The position numbers and the translations under genes were made by a program. This document shows, in pieces, positions 48,092 to 57,588 of a stretch of 64,000 bases of DNA. The stretch lies in the NCBI GenBank assembly GCA_017439545.1, contig JAFSIW010000048.1:33244-97243 (forward strand), read 5' to 3'. Positions within the stretch are counted from its first letter, which is position 1, and every line of letters starts with the position of its first letter. The notes beneath the pieces were generated by a model. The model ran no database searches. It was given only the letters and a program-made list of their open reading frames with translations, and was not told where the DNA came from. This stretch comes from Clostridia bacterium (GTDB taxonomy: Bacteria > Bacillota > Clostridia > Oscillospirales > Acutalibacteraceae).

Positions 48092-50416
48092 TTAGAGATT
48101 AGAGCCTTGATTGGATTGTTTGATCAGATCAAAGTAAACATAGGGATCGCAGTATTTTACTGACATACCCTTGCCTGCAGCATAGGTTTGGAAAGAAGAA
48201 ACTGCGGAATTGATCTCGGTGGGAGTCCAGCAAACGGTGCGGTACGCGCCGAAGTTAAGGCCCTTATTTTTTGCACCGTTGGCAAAGTTGTACATTTCGT
48301 TAGAAGAACTGGTGGTATTGCCCTTGGTAATACCGGTCAAGCATCCTACAAAGCGGCTGTTGCCCGATTTATAAACGCCGGCTTTGTTGTCGTTAAAGAA
48401 GCCGCCCACGGGCGAATACTTAGCAACCGTCGCTGCCATCTTGGTGGTAATGTTGCCGTTACCGCCGTTGATCAAAAAGCCGGTAATATCCATATCAAAC
48501 CGATCGTAATAGGGCTTGGAGTACTTGGCAAACACGTCACCTGCTTCGGCATTGCCTGCGGGACGTTTTTCGCCGGTATAGGCTAACGCCTTGTCGTGGA
48601 ACAAGCCGGAGGGAATGATGTAGCCTGCGCCGCCGTCACCGCCGGCAAAGTAGTCCAGATCGCTCTTGTTCTTGTACAGATATTCAAAAATCACCGGTAC
48701 ACGGTCAGAAAGATTGGGGTTGATAGACCACATCAAAGGCAGAGTACCCCGCTTTTTGTCGCCGCCCCGTTGCACCCACATGGAATAAATATGTTGCTTG
48801 AGCCAAGCGGAAGAGTCATAGTCACCCACATAAATGGTGTAGTAATAGGTGTTGCTGTTATAGGTGAGTTTTTCGGAAGCAACGTTGTTGGTATAGGTGG
48901 TGGTTTGGGGAATATACTTATAGAATACCGAACCGTTGGTCATAGCAGCAGGATGGGCTGCGTCGGCTTCTTTTGCCATATTGTAGCAGGTAATGTATTC
49001 GCAGTACAGCCATTCGATCCAAACGTCTGCCTTAGAGCCTTGGTCGTGGTGGGTGCAATATTTAGCCCACCAGGGAGGGAAGCCCATCAAAGCGCCGAAA
49101 GCGCCGTTGGCACGGTCGTAGCGGGCTTGGAAAAGCATCAGCATGGTTTCATTGTCCACACCCTCGGCGGCCTGACCGTTCTTTTGGGCAGGGTCGTCGC
49201 AAGCGGGTTCGTACTTATAAGGAGCCAAGTCGAAGAAGAAGCAACGACGGGCAATCAGGTAGTCGTGATTCTTCAGACAGGATTCACCGCCCAGAACAGC
49301 GGTGGGGTGATCTTCATAACCGTAATCCGAATAACCGCTCAGGGTAATAGCACCGTCCAAGGTGTACGCCATATAGCGGGAAGAGCAACGGGGGAAATAT
49401 TTTTCCAAAGCCCAACGGTAAGCGTCGTTTTTGGCAGAACCGGTGGAGATGGCATTGGAATCAGCAATCTTTTGACCCTTTTGGCCGTTTTTGAACAGTC
49501 CCACCAAGGATTGCTTAACAGGTACGCCCTTTTCTACCAAAATGGTATGCAAAGGAGAGTTGGCAAGGACCGGCAGATAACCGTCCAGACCGCAAATGGT
49601 AGCGGCTACGTTGGCGGTAGCGGGAACGTTACCATCCCACAAAACAATACCGCAGGATTTGATAACGGGCAGGAAAGTTTCCAGGAAAGCGTCCCAAGAG
49701 TTAATGCGAACTTCTTTCAAACCACGGTCGCTGTATTCCAAAATAGAACCTTCGCCATTCATTTGACTAAGCCAGCCGGAGTCGGCAGTTTCGGTCACGC
49801 AAATGATCATAGAGGTATGATCCTTATCCATACCGAAATCACGGTTTACAAGACCTTGCAAGCTGTAGATCAGACGGGCAAAGTCGTTGCTGCCGGCAAT
49901 GCCGGTGGGCTTCATGGGAGAAGCAGACAAACGGTACATGGTATTGGATTCAATGCCGCTCAGATCGATCACAAAACTGGTATCGGCAGTCGTATCTTTC
50001 ACATAAGCGTTATTGACGGCTTTCGAGGTGTCATAATCTGCAATGTAGTTGCCGGTGGGAGGGGCAGGAGGAGTTACAATCGCCTCTTCGATTACATAGT
50101 AAACACCTGCTTTAAACGCCGATACCTTGCCTACCACATATTGCAGGATCATCAAAGCATCGGCGGCGGCAACAGCATCATCGTCGTTCACGTCCCCGAC
50201 CTGACTTTTATGCTCATCCAAGGTGGCCTTGCCCACCACGGATTGCAATACGATCAAAGCGTCGGCGGCGGCAATTGATCCGTCATAATCCAGATCGCCG
50301 TATTTTACATAATTTGTACCGTATTCCCCTGCCGGAACGTCTTCGGCAGCGGCGGGTACTACCATTACGCCTACCGTCATTATCAAGGTAAGCAAAACGG
50401 CAAGTACTCTTTTCAT
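48092..50416 (-). CDS. P3: secreted dockerin-bearing paralogue of the same core
   Basis: ATG 50416 (MKRVLAVLLTLIMTVGVMVVPAAAED) follows an AAGGAG RBS. Dockerin: GDLDYDGSIAAADALIVLQSVVGK ... GDVNDDDAVAAADALMILQYVVGK. The core is very close to P2 and P4, with long identical DNA tracts. Confidence 0.82.
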   Translation of the reverse strand: MKRVLAVLLTLIMTVGVMVVPAAAEDVPAGEYGTNYVKYGDLDYDGSIAAADALIVLQSVVGKATLDEHKSQVGDVNDDDAVAAADALMILQYVVGKVSAFKAGVYYVIEEAIVTPPAPPTGNYIADYDTSKAVNNAYVKDTTADTSFVIDLSGIESNTMYRLSASPMKPTGIAGSNDFARLIYSLQGLVNRDFGMDKDHTSMIICVTETADSGWLSQMNGEGSILEYSDRGLKEVRINSWDAFLETFLPVIKSCGIVLWDGNVPATANVAATICGLDGYLPVLANSPLHTILVEKGVPVKQSLVGLFKNGQKGQKIADSNAISTGSAKNDAYRWALEKYFPRCSSRYMAYTLDGAITLSGYSDYGYEDHPTAVLGGESCLKNHDYLIARRCFFFDLAPYKYEPACDDPAQKNGQAAEGVDNETMLMLFQARYDRANGAFGALMGFPPWWAKYCTHHDQGSKADVWIEWLYCEYITCYNMAKEADAAHPAAMTNGSVFYKYIPQTTTYTNNVASEKLTYNSNTYYYTIYVGDYDSSAWLKQHIYSMWVQRGGDKKRGTLPLMWSINPNLSDRVPVIFEYLYKNKSDLDYFAGGDGGAGYIIPSGLFHDKALAYTGEKRPAGNAEAGDVFAKYSKPYYDRFDMDITGFLINGGNGNITTKMAATVAKYSPVGGFFNDNKAGVYKSGNSRFVGCLTGITKGNTTSSSNEMYNFANGAKNKGLNFGAYRTVCWTPTEINSAVSSFQTYAAGKGMSVKYCDPYVYFDLIKQSNQGSNL

Positions 50417-50564
50417 ACAATTCACTCCTTCAGTTTATTGGGTGAATTCATTATACAACAAAGTTATCACAAAAACAAGAGTTTTTTTATTCAAATCTAC
50501 GTGTGAATTATGCCAAGAAAATAGGCACCCGCGCAAAAGCACGAGTGCCTGAATACAAATTGCG

Positions 50565-53500
50565 TTAACCGCCGATCTTTACCAGATTATCAAACAACAT
50601 ATAGGTGGGAGTTGCGCTGTTTGCATAATTGAAATAGGTAATACGAATGGCGCGAATAGATGCCCAGTTGGGGGTATTGGCGGTAGCACCGGGTTTGGAT
50701 TTATCGATGTTGATGGTATGCCAACCGGCAGTGGAATTGTTGATGGCTTGCATAAAGTTGTAGCCATCGTCCTGACCGTTGGTAACGAAGTTCACCTGAA
50801 TCCCTGCCGAGGCAGGAGCCGCTTCGGGCAGCCAGTAATCCAAGGTGAAGGAAGTAGCGGAAGACAAATCCACAGGAGTAGTAAATACATAATAGGCCAT
50901 ACCGCCGATTTGTGTGTTGGCCGACTGAGCGGTGGGTGCCGTAAAGTCCAGACGCAGAGCGCCGGTTCCCTCTTTCTTGGTGGTGGTATCAATGGATGCG
51001 GTGGTAGCAAAGGCCGTGGTGGTGTTGGCGGTAGCATCAAAGTTCAACAGCACGCTGGATTGCACCGGATCAGGAATCGTAACTGCGGCATCTACCGTCA
51101 GGTTATCAATCAGCATATAGTTGGGGGTTGCATTATTATTCAGATTGAAATAGGTAATGCGGATGGCGCGGATCGAAGCCCAGTTGGGAGTTTGAGCGGT
51201 AGCGCTGGGTTTGGCCTTTTCAATGGTCAGCGTATGCCAGCCTGCGGGAGTCTCGTCGATACCCACGGTGAAGTTGTAACCGTCGTCTTTGCCGTTGGTG
51301 ACAAAGTTCACCTGCAAAGCAGTAGAGCCTACCGCTTTTTCGGGCAGCCAATAGTCAAGAGTAAAGGTGGTAGCCGCCGACAGGTCAACGGGAGCGGAGA
51401 ATTCGTAATATGCCATACCGCCGATCTTGGTGGATGCCGATTGACCGGTGGGATCGTTAAAGCCCATGCGCAACGAACCGTTACCTTCAGACTTATTGGT
51501 AGCTTCAATGGCGGTGGTAGTAGCAAAGGCATTGGACACACCTGCCAACGAATCAAAGTTAATCAACACGTTAGACACATCACTTGATACGGTTACGTCG
51601 GCATCGAGGGTCAGATTGTCAAGCAACATATAATTGGGCTCTGCATTATTATCATAATTGAAATAGGTAATGCGGATCACCTTGATATCCGACCAATTGG
51701 GGGTATTGGCAGTGGCGTTAGGTTTAGATTTGTCAAAGGTCAAGGTGTGCCAACCTGCGGTGGCATTATCAAGACCCGCCATAAAGTTATAGCCATCATC
51801 TCTGCCGTTGGTAATAAAGTTAATCTGCAACCCTGCAAGGCCTGTAATGGATTTGGGAATCCAATAGTCCAAGGTAAATTTGGTGCCCTTAGACAAATCA
51901 GCCGACCCGTTAAAGGCATAGGTCACCATACCGCCGATTTTGGTGGTGCTCGCCTGACCGGTGGGAGCACCAAGTCCTAAACGCAATGAGCCATTGCCTT
52001 CGCTCTTATTGGTAGTTTCAACAGAAAGAGTGGTTTCAAAGTCGCCGATAAAGCCTGTGGTTTGGTCAAAGTTGAGGAACACCTTTTGACTCGAAGGCGT
52101 TACCGGAGGATCGGGGGTGACAGGAGGATCGGGATTCACGGGAGGTGTTACCGTACCGTCGGTTACTTTACGCAGATTATCCACCATCATAAAGGTGGGC
52201 TTGGCATTGTTCGCGTAATTGAAATAGGTAATACGAATGGCGCGAATGGATGCCCAGTTGGGATTTTTGTCGGTTGCCACAGCGCTGGGCTTTGATTTGT
52301 CAAAGGTCAAGGTGTGCCAACCGGGGGTAGCATTATCCAAACCGGCCATAAAGTTATAGCCATCGTCTTTGCCGCTGGAAACAAAGTTCACCTGCAAGCC
52401 TGCCGAGCCAACAATGGCATCGGTCAACCAGTAATCCAAGGTAAACTGCGTCACGTTGGACAGGTCTACAGGATTGGGGAATTCATAGTAAGCCATACCG
52501 CCGATCTTGGTGGCATTGGCTTCTGCCGTAGGATTGCCGAATGCCATATGCAAAGCACCCGAACCTTCGGTCTTGTTGGCAGTTTCAATGGCAACCGTGG
52601 TACTGAATTCAGCGGTAATACCACTCAAACTGTCAAAGGGAACGATCACGTTAGGATCGGGAGGAACGAATTCATCGGGAGTAGGCGTTACCAAAGTAGA
52701 GGGAGTGCTGGCAGTACCGAGATTTGCCCCTTGACCCGAAGCCTTCAACAGATTGTAGTAGGTGTAGGGGTCAACGTATTTCACCTTCATACCCTTGCCG
52801 GAAGCATAGGTATCAAAGCTGGTTACAATACCGCTGATCTGGGTGGGAGTCAAACAAACCGTACGGTATGCGCTGAAGTTATAGCCTGCGTTTTTGGTAG
52901 TAACAGCATGATCATACATAGCAGCTTGACTGGTCGTGCCCACGCCGTTGTGGCAATAGACAAAATAAGTAGAGCCGTATTTACCAACGCGAGTATTAAA
53001 GCAGTTGGAGAAGTTCAGCTTGGGAGAATAACGGCTGACGCAATCGGCGATATTAGCCGAAATGGTAGGCTGACCGCCGTTGATGATAAAGCCGGTCATT
53101 TCCATACCAAAGCGATCATAATACTTCTTGCTGTAAGCAGCAAAGATACCGCCGCCCGCTCCATAAGGACGTTTGGTTCCGGTATAAGCCAGGTTTCTGT
53201 CTTGGAACAGACCTTCGGGGATGATGTAGCCTGCGCCGCCGTCACCGCCGGCAAAGTAGTCCAGATCGCTCTGATTCTTGTACAGATAATCAAAGATAAC
53301 CGGTACACGGTCGGACAGGTTGGGGTTGATGGACCACATCAAGGGCAGAGTACCACGCTTTTTGTCGCCGCCCCGTTGTACCCACATGGAGTACATCTTT
53401 TCTTTCAACCAAGCAGAAGAGTCATAGTCCCCTACGTAGATGGTGTAATAGAAGGTGTTTTTATCAAAGCTCAGGTTTTCGCTGGGGGTGGTGTTGTTTT

Positions 53501-55067
53501 TGTATTCGTCCAATTGAGGAACGTATTTATAGAACACCGAACCGTTGGTCATAGAAGCGGGCGCTTGGGCGTCGGCTTCCTTAGCCAGGTTGTAGCAAGT
53601 GATATATTCACAATACAGCCATTCGATCCAAGTATCTTCTTTACTGCCCTGTCCCTTTTCCGTAGTATATTTGCACCACCAGGGAGGGAAGCCCATCAAA
53701 GCACCGAAGGCGCCGTTGGCACGGTCGTAACGGGCTTGGAAGATTTTCAGCATGGTAGCATTGTCAGTACCCGCGGCGGCCTGACCGTTCTTTTGAGCGG
53801 GGTCATCGCAAGCAGCTTCACCGGCATAGGGCGCCAGATCAAAGAAGAAGCAACGACGGGCAATGAGATAGTCGTGGTTGGACAGGCAGTTGTTACCGCC
53901 GATGACTGCGGTGGGATGGTCGGCATAACCGTAAGCCGAATAGCCGCTCAAGGTGATAGCACCGTCCAGGGTATAAGCCAAGAATTTGGAAGAACAACGA
54001 TGGAAGTATTTATCCAAAGCCCAAAGATAGGCGTCGTTTTTCGCAGAACCTGTGCTGGCAATGGAGGTGCCGGTAATGGCAGTTCCTTTTTGACCGTCTT
54101 TGAACAGCCCCACCAAAGATTGCTTAACAGGTACACCGTAATCCACCAAAATTTTGTGCAAAGGAGAGTTTGCCAAAACCGGTAAATAACCGTCAACACC
54201 GCAAATGGTAGCGGCTACGTTGGCGGTGGCAGGTACGTTACCGTCCCACAGAACAATCCCGCAGGATTTCATCACGTTGCCAAAGGTTTTGAGAAAATCA
54301 TCCCACGTGCCCACACGCACTTCGGTCATACCGTTCATACCGTTTTCTTCGGTAGCATATTGCATAATGGTGCCGTCGGCGGTCATTTCGCCCATCCAGC
54401 CGATATCGGCAGTTTCAACCACCACAGCCATCATAGAGGTGTGATCTTTGTCCATACCGAAATCGCGGTTAATAAGCCCTTGCAAGCTGTAAACAAGACG
54501 GGCAAAATCATTATGGCCGTCAATTCCGCTGGGACGCAAGGGGGCGGAGGACAACCGATACATGGTATTGGGAGCAAGGGTGCTCACGTCGGTTACAAAG
54601 CTGCAATCGGCAGTTTTGTCAATTTCCTAAGCCCCGTTGGTGGAAGCCGATTTATCATAATTGGCAATATAATCCTCAATGGGTGCGGGAGGATCGGGAT
54701 CCACGGGCGTATCACTTCCGCCGTCATCCACCGGTTGAATCATATAATACTGGCCGGCTTTGAACGCCGCAATTTTGCCAACGACCATTTGCAGAATCTG
54801 CAAAGCATCAGCAGCACTGACCAAGGTGTCAGCGTTTACGTCGCCCACTTTTTGTTTGTGTTCATCAAACTGTGTTTTGCCAACTACCGATTGTAAAATC
54901 AGCAGGGCATCGGCAGCCGAAACCGCCTCATCATAGTTCACGTCGCCGTATTTCACATAGTTGACACCGTATTCCCCTGCGGGAACATCTTCGGCTACGG
55001 CAAAAGGTACTGCAACAACACTGAGCAAAGTAACAACTGCCAGCAAAGCGCATAGTACTTTTTTCAT
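50565..55067 (-). pseudogene. P4: largest paralogue (signal peptide, dockerin, core, four CBM-like modules), interrupted by one in-frame TAG at 54627-54629
   Basis: Track ORFs 54627-55106 (signal peptide plus dockerin, ending ...YDKSASTNGA*) and 50565-54587 are in the same frame. Read-through gives NGA*EIDKTADCSF, where the paralogues have NGAY..DTTADTSF. There is no other lesion in about 1,500 codons. ATG 55067 follows an AGAGGAG RBS. Confidence 0.6.
50568..52649 (-). repeat. Four tandem ~162-aa (about 485-nt) CBM-like coding repeats at the C-terminus of P4
   Basis: Units lie at about 52649-52164, 52085-51603, 51572-51090 and 51056-50568. Each has NFD...T.[AS][IV][ED]T.NK.EG.G[AS]L..., KIGGM.YY.F, DLS..T.FTLDYW[LI], GLQ[VI]NF[VI], DDGYNF, GWHT[LI], NW[AS][DS]I[RK][AV]IRITYFN and DNL. 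A Pro/Thr linker (TPPVNPDPPVTPDPPVTP) follows unit 1. Confidence 0.85.
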
Positions 55068-55194
55068 ATCCTTCACTCCTCTTTTATTGCTCTGTTTGAG
55101 AAACAATAGTTACCATATTATTGTACACGAAAACACATACAAACACAAGTTGGCTTTTGTAACAAAAAAATTTAATATCTTTGTGAAAGTTACA

Positions 55195-55232
55195 CAAAAG
55201 ACAAACCGACGAAATATACATTCCGTCGGTTT
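55195..55232 (-). terminator. Rho-independent terminator of paralogue P5
   Basis: Stem AAACCGACG / CGTCGGTTT with a 12-nt loop, followed by a T-rich tail on the minus strand. Confidence 0.65.
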
Positions 55233-55239
55233 TGGTTGG

Positions 55240-57534
55240 TTAACAAATGACAGTACCTTGTTCAGACTGTCGGATCAGATCAAAAAAGGTATAGGGGTCT
55301 ACGTATTGGGTGGTCACACCTTTTTCTGCCGCATAGGCGTCAAAACTGCTGACTATTTGCTTTATGTTGGTGGGAGTGGCCAACACCGTACGATAGGCAG
55401 CAAAATTATAACCGCGCATCCGATCGGTCAAGTGGCTGTACAGCACCGACGGAGAGGTATTCACGTCCACACCATTTTGGCAATATACGTAAGGCGTACC
55501 CTCATACACACCCAGCATTGTCTGTGTCATATTGGTGAGACTGCCAACGGGTGAAAACCGATTATAGCAACGGGCAACCTGCGGCTCAACGGTTAACACC
55601 GAGCTGTTGATGATAAAGCCCGTAATATCCAGATCAAACCGTTTGTAAAAGGCCTTGCAATAGTCAGCCCAAGCATCCGTAGCATCCCCATTGCCCGTGG
55701 GACGGGCTTTTCCGATCAAAGGCATTTGGTAGTCCGCCACCAAGGCAGAGGGCATCACATAACCCGCTCCGCTGTTGCCGCACACAAAAAAGTCTAAATC
55801 GGTCTTGTTTTCATACACGTAATCAAACACCATGGGAATCCGATGAGACAGATTGGGGTTATATCCCCACATCAGGGGCAGTTGTCCCCGATTTTTGTCA
55901 CCGCCCCGTTGCATCCACATACTGTAAACGTAATCCTTGACCCAGGCAGAAGAATCGTAATCTCCCAAATAAAGGGTATAATACGAAACGTCGGGATCAA
56001 AAACGGTTTTGGTCTTGGGTGCGTTGTTCTTATAGGTTTTGTGGCGGGGCACGTATTTATAATACACCGAGTGATTGGCGGTATTGGCAACATCGGCATC
56101 TTTGGCTAAATTGTAACAAGAGACGGTTTCCGCCAATAGCCATTCCACCCAAGTGGGGGCAATTGACCCTTGACCGCCGTGGGTGGTATATTTGGACCAC
56201 CAGGGAACAAATCCCAAAAACTGACCGAAGGCGCCCTTGGCCCGATCATAGCGCGCTTGCAGGATTTTACACATGGTATCGTTATCCAACCCAATATCCG
56301 CCTGCCCGTTCTTCTGAGCAGGGTCATCGCAAGCTGCCTCATTGGGGTTGACTGCCAAATCAAAAAAGAAGCAACGGCGGGCAATATAATAATCGTGATT
56401 GGCCAGATGATTACTCCCCCCGAGCAAAGCGGTGGGATGATCGGGATAGGCTTCGTATCCCTTTATGGCAACCGCTCCGTCTTGCACGTAGGCAATATGC
56501 GTGGTGGTGCAACGGGGAAAGTAGTTTTCCAGCATCCACAAATAGGTGTCGTTTTTGGCCGAGCCGGTGCTGATTAAGGTAGAATCCGCCAACGGTTGTC
56601 CTCGTTTGCCGTTTTCAAACCTGCCCAGCAAGGTCTGTTTCACAGGAATACCAAGGCTCGCAAGCTTAGTATGCAAAGGACTTTGAGCAAGCACCGGCAG
56701 ATAACCATCCAATCCGCAAATGGTGGCGGCAGCGTTGGCGGTGGCAGGCACGTTACCGTCCCACAAAATCAACCCGCAAGAAGCAATCACCTGCTCAAAG
56801 TGTTGTAAAAATGCTTCCCAGGTATTGATGCGCACCGCAGTCAACCCCAACTGCTCTTTTTCAGGGTCTGCCATTTGCATAATGGTACCGTCGGCAGTGA
56901 TCTCGGTCAGCCAACCTACATCCGAGGTGTCTTTGGTCACGTACACCAGCACGGAATGATGCTCATCCATTCCAAAGTCCCGATTGATCAGTCCCTGCAA
57001 GCTGTAAATCAAACGAGCACGATCGGTGTCATTGACCACAGCGGAGGCAACGCGATAAATCGTGCCTGCTGTAAGCGAACTGACGTCTACCGAGCAGGAG
57101 GTGTCGGCGGTGACATCTTTTTCATAAGCGCCGTTGAGAGAATGGGAGGTATCGTAGCGGGTAATATACTCCTGTACCGTAGTAGGGGGCAGTTGGGTAA
57201 CGATCCTATAGTACTCCCCTACCGAAAACCCTGTCAGCTTGCCCACCACAAACTGCAAAATCAGCAGGGCGTCTGCCGCACCTACCGTACCGTCTCCGTT
57301 TACGTCCCCCACAGTGGGATACGGGTCTTGCAGTTGCACCTTGCCCACGGTAGCCTGCAACACCGCAAGGGCATCAGCAGCGGTAATACTTTCGTCCGTA
57401 TTCAGGTCGCCGTATTTCACGTAATGGATGCCGTATTCTCCTGCAGGTTCAACATCCGACGGGGTTGCCGCCGCAAAAGGAACCGAGCCCAGCAACAGAA
57501 AAACAGCCAAGCCAAAAGAAAGCCAACGTTTCAT
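55240..57534 (-). CDS. P5: secreted dockerin-bearing paralogue (more divergent)
   Basis: ATG 57534 (MKRWLSFGLAVFLLLGSVPFAAA) follows an AAGGAGAA RBS. Dockerin: GDLNTDESITAADALAVLQATVGK ... GDVNGDGTVGAADALLILQFVVGK. Core blocks are NHDYYIARRCFFFDL, GFVPWWSKY and GAGYVMP. Confidence 0.82.
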   Translation of the reverse strand: MKRWLSFGLAVFLLLGSVPFAAATPSDVEPAGEYGIHYVKYGDLNTDESITAADALAVLQATVGKVQLQDPYPTVGDVNGDGTVGAADALLILQFVVGKLTGFSVGEYYRIVTQLPPTTVQEYITRYDTSHSLNGAYEKDVTADTSCSVDVSSLTAGTIYRVASAVVNDTDRARLIYSLQGLINRDFGMDEHHSVLVYVTKDTSDVGWLTEITADGTIMQMADPEKEQLGLTAVRINTWEAFLQHFEQVIASCGLILWDGNVPATANAAATICGLDGYLPVLAQSPLHTKLASLGIPVKQTLLGRFENGKRGQPLADSTLISTGSAKNDTYLWMLENYFPRCTTTHIAYVQDGAVAIKGYEAYPDHPTALLGGSNHLANHDYYIARRCFFFDLAVNPNEAACDDPAQKNGQADIGLDNDTMCKILQARYDRAKGAFGQFLGFVPWWSKYTTHGGQGSIAPTWVEWLLAETVSCYNLAKDADVANTANHSVYYKYVPRHKTYKNNAPKTKTVFDPDVSYYTLYLGDYDSSAWVKDYVYSMWMQRGGDKNRGQLPLMWGYNPNLSHRIPMVFDYVYENKTDLDFFVCGNSGAGYVMPSALVADYQMPLIGKARPTGNGDATDAWADYCKAFYKRFDLDITGFIINSSVLTVEPQVARCYNRFSPVGSLTNMTQTMLGVYEGTPYVYCQNGVDVNTSPSVLYSHLTDRMRGYNFAAYRTVLATPTNIKQIVSSFDAYAAEKGVTTQYVDPYTFFDLIRQSEQGTVIC

Positions 57535-57588
57535 AAACTTCTCCTTACAAAAGGAAGCCAAGGGAAATCCTCGGCTTCGCTTGTTTGA

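Noticed and set aside
50568-52649. The four coding repeats read as a diversity-generating retroelement target or a contingency locus.
   Set aside because: There is no reverse transcriptase or template repeat in the window. The units are diverged at the protein level in an ordinary domain-duplication pattern. There are no simple-sequence tracts.
44264-54185. Long antisense ORFs inside the paralogue array: 44264-45250, 45925-47160, 48596-50278, 50718-51587 and 52314-54185, with products of up to 623 aa.
   Set aside because: This is the same codon-aligned mirror-frame artefact. The sense frames carry signal peptides, dockerins and blocks conserved across six paralogues. The antisense products are repetitive G/V/H-rich strings without RBSs.
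54627-54629. The in-frame TAG read as pyrrolysine or a reassigned sense codon.
   Set aside because: TAG terminates several well-defined genes in this window (murC, the PRT gene, 24995-25477 and 62353-63174). No pyl genes are visible. A point nonsense mutation or a sequencing error is simpler.
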